Shown in pieces: positions 1-8,676 of a stretch of 59,014 nt of DNA. The translations under genes and the position numbers were made by a program. The DNA is from Patescibacteria group bacterium (GTDB lineage Bacteria; Patescibacteriota; Microgenomatia; Levybacterales; UBA12049). Location: contig JBGTMH010000069.1 in NCBI GenBank assembly GCA_041743715.1, positions 1 through 59,014 on the forward strand, read 5' to 3'. The first letter of the stretch is position 1; the number at the start of each line of letters is the position of its first letter. The notes beneath the pieces were generated by a model. The model was not told the DNA's origin, ran no database searches, and saw only the letters and a list, made by a program, of their open reading frames with translations.

Positions 1-225
1 TGACGCTGATACAAAACCTTACTTGCTGCTCATCGGTCATACCTGTTGGTATCATAAATGAAGAATTATTATTCCCAAGTTTCATAGGAATTTCCAGTGT
101 AGAAAGATTTAACTGCTTTTGTCAAATCCTGAACGGCTACATTGAGCCAAAGCAGAGTTTGCAATTTTCTCAAAATCGTATTACAATAATTCTCATCTCT
201 CATTTCTCAACTTTCATTTCATATT

Positions 226-1662
226 ATGCTGCCTACTAAGTTAGCCTTCGTCGATATAGAAACAACCGGTCACAGGTCGTCTTATGACCGTATTATTGAA
301 ATTGGGATCCTCAGAGTCGAAGATAATAAATTAGTCAAAACGTATCAGTCACTTATTAATCCTCAGTCCCATCTCCCAAAAGAAATTACGATGCTCACGG
401 GTATACGGGCAGAAGAGTTGGAAAATGCTCCGACTTTCCGGACAATCAAAGATGAGATTCTCGAACTGTTAGCTGATTGTACATTTGTCGCTCACAATGT
501 GCGATTTGATTATGGATTTCTCAAACATGAGCTAATGCGGGAAAATATCTCTTTTACTACCAAACACTTTTGCACAGTCCGGCTCTCCCGTCTCCTCTAT
601 CCTTCCTGGCCACGACATAATCTTGATGCAGTTATGCAGTATTGCAATATTTCTTGTGCGAACCGCCATCGTGCCTTTGATGACGCGCAGGTACTATTCG
701 AATTTTATAATCATCTACAAAAAACATTGCCTCTGGAACAACTTGAACAAGCACTTGCCAAAACGATGAAAAAACCGTCATTACCTATAAAACTACCGAT
801 TGAAGAACTTGAAAAACTCCCTGAAAAACCGGGTGTCTATGTATTCTACGGTGAAAAAGGTGCACCGCTCTATGTCGGAAAAAGTATTAACATCAAAAAC
901 CGGGTTCTCAGTCATTTCTCACAAGACATTGCCTCTCCTACTGAAATGAATATCGCACAGCAAATAGAAAGTATAGAAACGATAACAACCGCGGGAGAAC
1001 TCGGCGCGTTATTTCTTGAGTCGCAAATGATTAAAGAACTTCTCCCGTTATATAACAAACGCTCCCGCATCAAACGGGAATTGATTGCATTAAAAAGTAA
1101 AATTAATGACAAGGGTTATCACCAATGCTATATGGAACCAATCACAACAATTACATCTGATACTTTACAAAGTTTTCTCGGATTCTTCCGCTCCCGCAGA
1201 CAAGCAAAAGCTTTTTTGGTTGATATCGCCAAAAATCATTCGTTATGCGAACGGCTTCTGGGACTTGAAAATACGAAATCGGCTTGTTTTGGATACCGAT
1301 TGAATAGGTGTAAAGGCGCTTGTATAAATAGCGAAAATCCAAAGCTCTATAACCTCAGATTTATCACTGCTTTAACAGATATAAAAATACTGACTTGGCC
1401 TTTTGAGGGATCAATTATTATTCAAGAAAATGATATTGACGGGAAAAAAGAATACTTTGTTATAGACAATTGGTGTTACGCCGGAAATGTCACGGTTGAT
1501 AATGAGGGAAATGTAAAAGACGAATTTCTTAAAGCTGTAACATTTGACCTGGATATGTATAAAATCTTAAGACTTTATCTCAAAAATCCGGCAAATTCCA
1601 AAAAGATATCCCACTTCGCTTTAAATAATAATGGGATAATGCTACCGAAGCTTCTATTCTAA
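226..1662 (+). CDS. DnaQ-like 3'-5' exonuclease fused to GIY-YIG (Cho/UvrC N-terminal-like) nuclease domain
   Basis: DEDDh exonuclease motifs FVDIETTG, AHNVRFD, HRAFDDA in the N-terminal third. GIY-YIG motif GVYVFYG..LYVGKSINIKNRV follows, then a UvrC-like region. ATG start, TAA stop. Confidence 0.85.
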   Translation: MLPTKLAFVDIETTGHRSSYDRIIEIGILRVEDNKLVKTYQSLINPQSHLPKEITMLTGIRAEELENAPTFRTIKDEILELLADCTFVAHNVRFDYGFLKHELMRENISFTTKHFCTVRLSRLLYPSWPRHNLDAVMQYCNISCANRHRAFDDAQVLFEFYNHLQKTLPLEQLEQALAKTMKKPSLPIKLPIEELEKLPEKPGVYVFYGEKGAPLYVGKSINIKNRVLSHFSQDIASPTEMNIAQQIESIETITTAGELGALFLESQMIKELLPLYNKRSRIKRELIALKSKINDKGYHQCYMEPITTITSDTLQSFLGFFRSRRQAKAFLVDIAKNHSLCERLLGLENTKSACFGYRLNRCKGACINSENPKLYNLRFITALTDIKILTWPFEGSIIIQENDIDGKKEYFVIDNWCYAGNVTVDNEGNVKDEFLKAVTFDLDMYKILRLYLKNPANSKKISHFALNNNGIMLPKLLF

Positions 1663-1739
1663 AACAATATTCTGTAAAATAATATTACATAGCTCCGTTG
1701 GGGATTATGCACTATTTTAAATGCGAAGGAGCATAAAAC

Positions 1740-1904
1740 TTATTGGACAAAAAGGAATACCGTTAACATCAGAACTACCAATCCTCCACCGGCAATGATA
1801 ATAAAATCATGCTCTGTTGCATAAAGCGCAGTACCAATTGTCCGTTTTGACTTGCTGGAAGTTTTGGCTTTTGTACTTTTTGCAGCTACTTTTCGTTTTT
1901 TCAT
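1740..1904 (-). CDS. small (54 aa) tail-anchored membrane protein, hypothetical
   Basis: Not in the ORF track (<60 aa). ATG preceded by AAGGTGGGTG about 7 nt upstream. Sequence MKKRKVAAKSTKAKTSSKSKRTIGTALYATEHDFIIIAGGGLVVLMLTVFLFVQ: basic Lys/Ser/Thr N-terminus like the neighbouring SurA-like protein, plus one C-terminal TM helix. Confidence 0.35.
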   Translation of the reverse strand: MKKRKVAAKSTKAKTSSKSKRTIGTALYATEHDFIIIAGGGLVVLMLTVFLFVQ

Positions 1905-1997
1905 ATATATCACCCACCTTTAGAACTCGTACAATGTGTATCTATAAATATAGTACAGTATAAGACCTAGTAGTTGTCAAGAGGCGTTTGTGAAAAT

Positions 1998-2087
1998 TAT
2001 CAAGAGTATCAAGTGTACCAGGGGTATCAAAGGCAAACAGACTTAAAAAGCTCTTGATACTCTTGATACTTTTGATACCCTTGATAC
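1998..2087. repeat. TTGATAC word array: 3 inverted copies (TATCAAG/TATCAAA) facing 4 direct copies at 9-bp period
   Basis: TATCAAG at 1998 and 2007, TATCAAA at 2025. TTGATAC at 2054, 2063, 2072 and 2081. The two sets form an imperfect long palindrome. Confidence 0.8.
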
Positions 2088-2156
2088 CTTTTTTGAAAAA
2101 ACGATAGCTTAGTTGGGCAAGATAATATACTAGATTAGAAGAATTTCAGGGGGGCT

Positions 2157-2921
2157 TTAGTATTGTACGAAGTAGACTACTTTTGCTTCTTTTTGGATAG
2201 CGGCGAGCCATGTGCGTACTTTTTCATTGGTCTTTTGCTGTTTGAGTTGCTCTTTCACTTGCTTTTTTAACGTATCCTCATCTCCTTCTTGTGGAAGCGC
2301 TTCTTTATTTTTCTCAATATATTCATCAACTTCTTTATCGGTTACATTAACATCTTTTCCAACCATCTTGGCAACAAGTTTATCTAATTTGATAAGTTTT
2401 CTGAGATCTTCCTTGCCCATGCCTTGTGTTTTTAAGACTTGATCGAGGTTTTGTCCTTGTTTGGATAAATTGTCTTGGAGCTTTTTAATTTCGTCATCAA
2501 TTTCTTTTTCACTGACGGATACCTTTTCCTTCTTTGCTTTTTGTTCGATTAATAAATTTCTTACCTCTGTTTCAAGCGTCTGTTTGCCACTCTGTTTTTC
2601 TGTCTTATTTACTATGTCTAAACGACTAATAGGTTGACCATTAACAACTGCAGCGACGAAAATTCCGCGGAAATAATACAATGCAGCGCCAAGAAGCAGA
2701 ATAACGATAACAAGCGCTATATAGGGACGACTGAATCTTGCAGCTGTTTTCGCGCCTGTGTCTGTTTTGGATGATGTATCTACTGCGCTTTTTTCGATAG
2801 GGGCTGTTGATTTAACAGATGTTCTTGAAGCTGCACTCCTTGTAGATCTATTTGAAGACGCTGGTGATGATTTCGTTTTTGTTGCTGTTGTTGTCTTTTT
2901 TGCTGTGCGTTTCGTTGCCAT
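2157..2921 (-). CDS. membrane-anchored SurA N-terminal-domain-like chaperone (no PPIase motif seen)
   Basis: Low-complexity basic K/T/S N-terminus, one TM (YIALVIVILLLGAALYYF). Then VNGQPISRLDI...LIEQKAKKEKVSVSEKEIDDEI, typical of SurA_N-like proteins. Confidence 0.5.
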   Translation of the reverse strand: MATKRTAKKTTTATKTKSSPASSNRSTRSAASRTSVKSTAPIEKSAVDTSSKTDTGAKTAARFSRPYIALVIVILLLGAALYYFRGIFVAAVVNGQPISRLDIVNKTEKQSGKQTLETEVRNLLIEQKAKKEKVSVSEKEIDDEIKKLQDNLSKQGQNLDQVLKTQGMGKEDLRKLIKLDKLVAKMVGKDVNVTDKEVDEYIEKNKEALPQEGDEDTLKKQVKEQLKQQKTNEKVRTWLAAIQKEAKVVYFVQY

Positions 2922-2979
2922 GCCTTATATTATAAACTGAACCGGTTTGATTTTGCAAGTAGCATTTTGTATTACTTAT

Positions 2980-4137
2980 TTATTTTTCTGGAGCCACTTT
3001 GAGAATGGCATCGACCTCTTGCGTGTCTCCTGCTCTTTCGAAGGTGATTTTTACGCTATCTCCGATTTTTTTCTTTGATATCATTGCTGATAGTGGCGTC
3101 TTCTCATTAATTTGCTCCCCATCTATTTCGGTTATGATATCTTCTGGCTTAATGCCTGCTTCATCTGCGGAAGAACCTTGTACGACATCTTGAACATATG
3201 CTCCTTCTGATAAGTCATTATTATTTGCCATTTCTTTTGTCACGAGTCGATATGCAACACCTAAATATGGCCGGTCAAATTTGCCTGTTTGGTTGAAATT
3301 TTTGAGAGAATCTTTGATTACATTGATTGGAATCGCGAATCCGATATTTTGACCGCTTTGCGACACAGCGGTATTGACCCCTATAACTTGACCAGACGAA
3401 TTAAGCAAAGGTCCACCACTATTACCAGGATTTATGGCAGCATCAGTCTGGATTACATTATCAAGCCGTTCAACAGCACCTTCATAAGGACTCCCAGCAG
3501 TTATCCCCCGCCCTAGTCCGGAGATAATCCCCGTTGTTACTGTATTACGAAATTCTCCGAGTGCAGTACCGATGGCGACAGCATACTGACCTGCTTGCAG
3601 CTTTGATGAGTCCCCGAGTTCGAGTGCCTTTAATGTATTACCGGAATTTTGAGAAAGATCAACTTGCAGGAGCGCGATATCGTTCAGCGGATCCCGATAA
3701 ATTTTCTGTACATTATACGTTTTTTCATTATTTGTTATTATTTGATATTTTATATCTGGATCCGAAATAACATGTTTATTTGTAACTATCAAACCTTCTG
3801 CTCCAATAACAAATCCTGTACCGATACTTTGTGGCTGCAGTGGATCTTGAGGGTCTTGTTCTTCAAACCCAGGAATGCCAAAGAAAAAATCATAGGGCGA
3901 GTTCGAACGCGATCTTGTCCTTCCTTCTTGCGCAACTGTCACAACTGATGCACCTGCTTTTTTTGCTATATCAATGGTAATAGATTCTTCACTAACAATT
4001 TTTATTTTTTCGGTATTTTGTGAACTTGGTAGTTTGGAAGTATCTACATTAAATATCTTTGGAAAAAATATCTGTGCAGAATTAATGACAATGAGTACTC
4101 CGACTAAAAGTACAATTAAAAGAATTAAGCGGCGCAT
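2980..4137 (-). CDS. htrA: HtrA/DegP-family serine protease with C-terminal PDZ domain
   Basis: N-terminal TM. Catalytic contexts TNKHVI, DIALLQV, GNSGGPLL. PDZ-like GIKPEDIITEIDGEQI. Confidence 0.9.
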   Translation of the reverse strand: MRRLILLIVLLVGVLIVINSAQIFFPKIFNVDTSKLPSSQNTEKIKIVSEESITIDIAKKAGASVVTVAQEGRTRSRSNSPYDFFFGIPGFEEQDPQDPLQPQSIGTGFVIGAEGLIVTNKHVISDPDIKYQIITNNEKTYNVQKIYRDPLNDIALLQVDLSQNSGNTLKALELGDSSKLQAGQYAVAIGTALGEFRNTVTTGIISGLGRGITAGSPYEGAVERLDNVIQTDAAINPGNSGGPLLNSSGQVIGVNTAVSQSGQNIGFAIPINVIKDSLKNFNQTGKFDRPYLGVAYRLVTKEMANNNDLSEGAYVQDVVQGSSADEAGIKPEDIITEIDGEQINEKTPLSAMISKKKIGDSVKITFERAGDTQEVDAILKVAPEK

Positions 4138-4189
4138 AAGCTATTTTAACATATTATGTAAAATGAAACTTAAGACTTGCTTAACAACG

Positions 4190-5470
4190 TTATTTGATGA
4201 GTTCCCCAATCGCTTTTTCAAGTTGAATATCATGCGACTGGTCGACTTTATCTAATCCTACTTCGACATCAGGTTTGAGACCTGTACCATTTTTACCATT
4301 ACCTACCCATGTACCGTTTGGTGTCAGCCATTTGGCAATAGTCACGTGAATCCCGGCGCCCCCACCTAAATCTTCAGCTTGTTGGATTGTACCTTTACCA
4401 AACGACGTCTCTCCAACTAACTTCGCGCGAGTATGATCTCTGAGTGCTCCGGCAACAATTTCACTTGCTGATGCGGATCCTTTATTGATAAGAACCACCA
4501 CTGGAACTTCAGTTAATAGTCCTTTTCCTGTTACTGGAAATTCTGTTCTTTTATTATTTTTATCTTCTTGCATAACTGCGGTACCACTTTTAATGAACTC
4601 AGACGAAATATACACTGCGTCATTTAAGTAACCACCCGGATTGTTACGCAAATCAAAAACGATTCCTTTGATAGTTTTATCAGTCTTTATCTGTTGATTA
4701 ACTGAATTGGCAATATTTAACCATTCACCATTGGTATTATCGCCAAATTGAGAAAGCCTCAAATATACCACTTTGTTTTCTCCGACATTTGCTAATTCTT
4801 TGGCTTTCGTATCGATTTCTTCAACATCTTTTATTTTTTTAGTCCATGTCGTCAGACTTTTTACGGTAATTGTATCTCGTATGATTTTAACATCAACAGG
4901 CTGTTCCCCTGCTTTGTGTTGAATATTTAAAGCAACTTCTGTTCCTTTTGGACCACGTATCTTTTCCACGACTTGATTGAGAGCCAACCCAGTGATGTAT
5001 TGACCATTTACTTTGATAATAATATCTCCTGCCTTGATTCCGGCTTTTTTGGCAGGACTACCATCGAGTGGAGCGACAACAACGATATTTTTTTCTTTCA
5101 AACCAAGCTCAGCACCAATACCTTCAAATTTTCCGGCGAGTCCTTGTTTGAAATCAGTATTTTGTTGGGGAGGTAAATAAACAGTATATGGATCATCAAG
5201 ACTTGCAACCATACCCGAGATAGCGCCATTCATGGCTTTTTCGGCATTAATTGCCTTTTTGTCATAATACAGGTTTTCAATTTTCCCGAGCACTTCCCAC
5301 ATTCTGCCAGCGTCACCCGTCTGTAATGAAGGTGGAGGTTCTTTACTCGAGACTTCAATATGCGGCTTAAAATTATTCCAATCAAGTGCTATTTTGCTGA
5401 CACCGATATAATAGCCAACTAATCCAGCTATCAGTATAAGTAATATAAAGCGAAGTTTGTGTGATTTCAT
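4190..5470 (-). CDS. S41 carboxy-terminal processing (tail-specific) protease with PDZ
   Basis: N-terminal TM. PDZ GIKAGDIIIKVNGQ. S41 serine region LINKGSASASEIVAGAL. The start overlaps the upstream gene's stop (ATGA). Confidence 0.9.
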   Translation of the reverse strand: MKSHKLRFILLILIAGLVGYYIGVSKIALDWNNFKPHIEVSSKEPPPSLQTGDAGRMWEVLGKIENLYYDKKAINAEKAMNGAISGMVASLDDPYTVYLPPQQNTDFKQGLAGKFEGIGAELGLKEKNIVVVAPLDGSPAKKAGIKAGDIIIKVNGQYITGLALNQVVEKIRGPKGTEVALNIQHKAGEQPVDVKIIRDTITVKSLTTWTKKIKDVEEIDTKAKELANVGENKVVYLRLSQFGDNTNGEWLNIANSVNQQIKTDKTIKGIVFDLRNNPGGYLNDAVYISSEFIKSGTAVMQEDKNNKRTEFPVTGKGLLTEVPVVVLINKGSASASEIVAGALRDHTRAKLVGETSFGKGTIQQAEDLGGGAGIHVTIAKWLTPNGTWVGNGKNGTGLKPDVEVGLDKVDQSHDIQLEKAIGELIK

Positions 5471-6243
5471 GTCTTTTGTAGTACTACTGTTTTATGCTGT
5501 GCATCAATACGTACATCTTTACCTTTCCATTGTATCAGTTGACTCATCGCTTCGGTATCAATCTCCATAGCAGGTACTGTGATTTTTTTTTGAATCATAT
5601 ATTCTAAATCCTGCTCCCGGATATCCGTTCCTATAAATCCAGCGACACCGATGCTAACTCCTTTAATTAATATTTCTCGGGTGAACTTACCGCCGAGGAC
5701 AACTTTACCAATTGCCCGACTATCAAGGTAAAAAAGCATGCTGCTGGACTCGCGGTCTGCAAAGGATTCTTCAAGAACGAATACTTCGCCAGTACTATTT
5801 GCTCCTGAGACTACTCTACCACTCGTCACAGCTTTGTCTGTATGTATGACAATTTCTTTATTATTACACAAATCAACTCTCCCATCAACAGGTGAAATAA
5901 GCTCATTCGTGGCTGTTTGTTGGTCAATTCTGACAAAAAGATTGCCAGTGTCCCGTTCGTAACGTGTGACAATACCCTCTATTTCGCTGATGATTGCCGC
6001 TTGTTTTTTGCCGAACAAATTTCGCTTTTCAGCGATAACATCTCCTTGACTTACTTTGTCACCAGGATTCTTTTTCAATACTTTTTTGACATACTTTAGC
6101 GGTACATTTAGTCCTTGCGCTATGTTGACTGTTACTTCGCTTGGAGATATTTTATGAGCAATGACTTGTCCAGCGGTAACATCCATACCAGCGACAACAA
6201 GAGAAGAAAAACCTTCAGGAAGAAGAATAGGCAGCGAAATCAT
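5467..6243 (-). CDS. hypothetical protein with lipoyl/barrel-sandwich-like motifs
   Basis: Long ORF co-directional with and overlapping the Ctp gene. Motifs such as AGQVIA and GDKVSQGDVIAEK resemble barrel-sandwich hybrid folds. The track start (TTG 6273) lies inside a palindromic repeat, so the start was re-called to ATG 6243. Confidence 0.5.
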   Translation of the reverse strand: MISLPILLPEGFSSLVVAGMDVTAGQVIAHKISPSEVTVNIAQGLNVPLKYVKKVLKKNPGDKVSQGDVIAEKRNLFGKKQAAIISEIEGIVTRYERDTGNLFVRIDQQTATNELISPVDGRVDLCNNKEIVIHTDKAVTSGRVVSGANSTGEVFVLEESFADRESSSMLFYLDSRAIGKVVLGGKFTREILIKGVSIGVAGFIGTDIREQDLEYMIQKKITVPAMEIDTEAMSQLIQWKGKDVRIDAQHKTVVLQKT

Positions 6244-6357
6244 AAAAGTCAAAATGCAAAAGGCAAAATTCAAAAGTACAATTCAAAACTTAAAAGTGAA
6301 AAACTTTTGACTTTTTACTTGCATTTTTGACTTTTGAATTTTAACTTTTGACTTGAC
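6244..6357. repeat. low-complexity palindromic intergenic element (AAAAGTCAAAA/TTTTGACTTTT words), copy 1
   Basis: Left arm is rich in aaaagtcaaaatgcaaaag; right arm is rich in cttttgactttt/catttttgacttttg. The related copy at 56936..57050 shares aaaagtcaaaatgcaaaag exactly. The right end abuts the rpsR stop codon. Confidence 0.8.
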
Positions 6358-6360
6358 TCA

Positions 6361-6603
6361 TTACCCGCTCGATACAAACGGAAGTAGAGCGAGGTGTCTT
6401 GCATTCTTTACAGCAGTAGTCAACCTACGCTGATGTTTGGCGCAGAGACCGGACCGTGTCCTCACGATTATTTTTCCTCTATCTGTTGTAAATTTCTGCA
6501 AACTTGTCGTGTCAGAGTACCAGGGAACTTTTTTCTCTGTACAAAAGTAGCAGTCCTTTGGAACTGTTATATTCTTCTTTGGTATTCGTCGTTTTTCTGC
6601 CAT
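6361..6603 (-). CDS. rpsR: 30S ribosomal protein S18
   Basis: CYFC...[35 protein letters not shown], the typical S18 core. Confidence 0.95.
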   Translation of the reverse strand: MAEKRRIPKKNITVPKDCYFCTEKKVPWYSDTTSLQKFTTDRGKIIVRTRSGLCAKHQRRLTTAVKNARHLALLPFVSSG

Positions 6604-6608
6604 ATTCG

Positions 6609-6672
6609 AAATTGAGAAATGAGAACTGAGAGGTGAGAAATACTTCTAACTTCTCACATCTCCCTTCTCACT
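6609..6672. repeat. GAGAA-word imperfect hairpin between rpsR and ssb
   Basis: gagaaatgagaactgagaggtgagaa faces ttctcacatctcccttctcacttc. Confidence 0.6.
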
Positions 6673-7236
6673 TCAAAAAGGTATATCATCCGGTGCTACA
6701 TCTTCGTCACTTTTTTTAGACTCTTGAGGAGTCTCTTCCGATCGTCCAGAGCCAGTCGAAGGATTTTTTGCTATCGACTCTTTCGCTTTTGCACTTGCCG
6801 CTTTGGATGCGGAAGTTGGATGCTCTACTGTCGATTGCGAATCAGCTGAATCAGGATCCGTATGTTCCTCTGCCTGTCCACTATGCTGTGCAGTTGTTCC
6901 TCCCTGCTTATCAAGGATAATCATGTCATCAATTACTACCTCAGTTGTTGTTTTTTGCGTCCCATCCTGACCAGTCCAGTTACGTGTTGATAATCTTCCT
7001 TCAACGTATACTTTTCTTCCTTTGCCAAGGAACTGGCTACATATTTCTGCCAATTTATTCCAAGAAACAATTTTATGAAAATCTACTTCTTCTCGCTTCT
7101 CACCTGCATCAGTTGTCCATGATCGATTCGTCGCCAATCCAAAAGTACAAACTCCATTTCCATTTGGTGTATATCTAAGCTCCGGATCTCTTGTTAAATT
7201 TCCGATTAGTTGAACTCTATTTAAACTTCTTGCCAT
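6673..7236 (-). CDS. ssb: single-stranded DNA-binding protein
   Basis: MARSLNRVQLIGNLTRDPELRYTPNG OB-fold N-terminus, acidic tail ending in the canonical DDIPF, then TGA. The start was re-called from TTG 7257 to ATG 7236. Confidence 0.95.
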   Translation of the reverse strand: MARSLNRVQLIGNLTRDPELRYTPNGNGVCTFGLATNRSWTTDAGEKREEVDFHKIVSWNKLAEICSQFLGKGRKVYVEGRLSTRNWTGQDGTQKTTTEVVIDDMIILDKQGGTTAQHSGQAEEHTDPDSADSQSTVEHPTSASKAASAKAKESIAKNPSTGSGRSEETPQESKKSDEDVAPDDIPF

Positions 7237-7249
7237 ATGCTCTTCGGTT

Positions 7250-7340
7250 AAAATCAAAGATTAAAAATCAAATCTCAAAAATTAAAATGAAAGATCTAAA
7301 AATTTTAAACCATCATCTTTGAGATTTTATCCTTGATTTT
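7250..7340. repeat. ATCAAA/TCTCAAA-word imperfect hairpin between ssb and rpsF
   Basis: aaaatcaaagattaaaaatcaaatctcaaa faces tctttgagattttatccttgatttt. Confidence 0.6.
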
Positions 7341-7619
7341 TTATTTCGTCCTTAGTAATAGGTGACGAATCACACTATCGTTTTGCAAAATTCTTTGTTC
7401 AAGATTTCCCGGCACACCCTCTTCAGATTCTAATTGCAACATATAATAATGTCCTGAGTCTTCTTTTTTTATTGTATATGCAAGTGCCTTTTGCCCCCAA
7501 TCATTCTCTTTTGCTATTTTTACTTTTCCAAGCCACTCTTTAATTGTCGCGAGCAATTTTTTCCGATCAGCTTCTTTCACAGAAGACCGTAAAACAACCA
7601 CCAATTCATACATTCTCAT
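7341..7619 (-). CDS. rpsF: 30S ribosomal protein S6
   Basis: MRMYELVVVLR... S6-like N-terminus. The track start is GTG 7625. ATG 7619 lies 6 nt downstream of TGGTACAAT (extended -10), so a leaderless start is likely. Confidence 0.9.
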   Translation of the reverse strand: MRMYELVVVLRSSVKEADRKKLLATIKEWLGKVKIAKENDWGQKALAYTIKKEDSGHYYMLQLESEEGVPGNLEQRILQNDSVIRHLLLRTK

Positions 7620-7712
7620 GCCCACATTGTACCACAGGTTTCAGTTTGAACTCAAGAGGGAATATATAAAGATATTATATTTTTGGGATATATATAGTAA
7701 AATAGACGCAGC

Positions 7713-8636
7713 ATGGGGGGCTCTGAATTCCAATCCAACCCAGAGAGTAGAAATATAACTGCTTCCTCTAAAAAAGGTGTACGTGATTCTATTCCTTCAA
7801 CAGCTGTGACAGACAAGAATACAGCTTATGAGCAAGCCCACGCAATTAATAATAATATTATATATCTTGATCAGGTAACGACGCGGCGGCGGGAAGGATT
7901 AACGGTGTTATTTAATACATTGGATAAACAAGTAACTGCAAGTCGAAATGCAAAGAGTAAAAGACGGGATCGTATTGCTGATGAACTATTGCGATTGCCT
8001 GAGGAAAGATCATTTGTGCGAAGCGTGATTATTGATAACGCTGTCCTTGATCCTGTCGATAGAGAGTTTATTAATGAAGTTAGTGTACTCCATGCGGAAC
8101 AACGTATGGATGCCGCATTTGCACGCGATGATGGTGTTGAGACCGCACTTGATAACCTTGGATATCGCTATGAAAATGAACTTGGGGAAAAACGGCATAC
8201 AGTGATGACAAGTCTAGGTGCAATTACTTTTTATGTCTCAAGAGATACTAATTCTGTAAGAACCGAAGTCCCGCATAGGTTAAACGTGCAACAACCGGTA
8301 AATCCTGATATCAATACGCTTAATCCTCATCATACGACACTAATCGTTGCAGACTGTCATCATATTACAAGAACACTGATGCGTTTAGAAGGTCATGCCG
8401 GTCAAATATGTACTGATTATGCCCAAGCCGTGGATTTCTCATTAATAAACTCAAGCGATCCAAATCATCGATGGATAGTTGCAAGTGCTTTGGATGATAC
8501 TGAAGAGGGTATAAGAAATGTATTTGGAGCGGATGAACAAACATATGTCGAAGTTGTTCTAAACGCAATTTATGTATCTCGAACCCATCGTACTCATCCA
8601 GGAAATACAGACAATTTGCAGTTGTACCATGCTTAA
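7713..8636 (+). CDS. hypothetical soluble protein
   Basis: 307-aa ORF with no TM and no motif I recognise. R/D/E/H/T-rich, K-poor composition. Confidence 0.6.
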   Translation: MGGSEFQSNPESRNITASSKKGVRDSIPSTAVTDKNTAYEQAHAINNNIIYLDQVTTRRREGLTVLFNTLDKQVTASRNAKSKRRDRIADELLRLPEERSFVRSVIIDNAVLDPVDREFINEVSVLHAEQRMDAAFARDDGVETALDNLGYRYENELGEKRHTVMTSLGAITFYVSRDTNSVRTEVPHRLNVQQPVNPDINTLNPHHTTLIVADCHHITRTLMRLEGHAGQICTDYAQAVDFSLINSSDPNHRWIVASALDDTEEGIRNVFGADEQTYVEVVLNAIYVSRTHRTHPGNTDNLQLYHA

Positions 8637-8676
8637 ACTATTACTACTTGCCTACTCTCCCCTTTCACTGTGCTTT

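Noticed and set aside
1-85. Possible 5' end of a minus-strand gene running off the left edge (MKLGNNNSSFMIPTGMTDEQQVRFCISV...)
   Set aside because: Only 28 codons are visible with no recognisable motif. A TTGACA-N18-TACACT-like promoter upstream is suggestive, but this is insufficient to call a feature.
1998-2087. CRISPR array
   Set aside because: The repeat unit is only 7-9 bp with no spacers, includes an inverted partner, and has no cas genes anywhere in the window.
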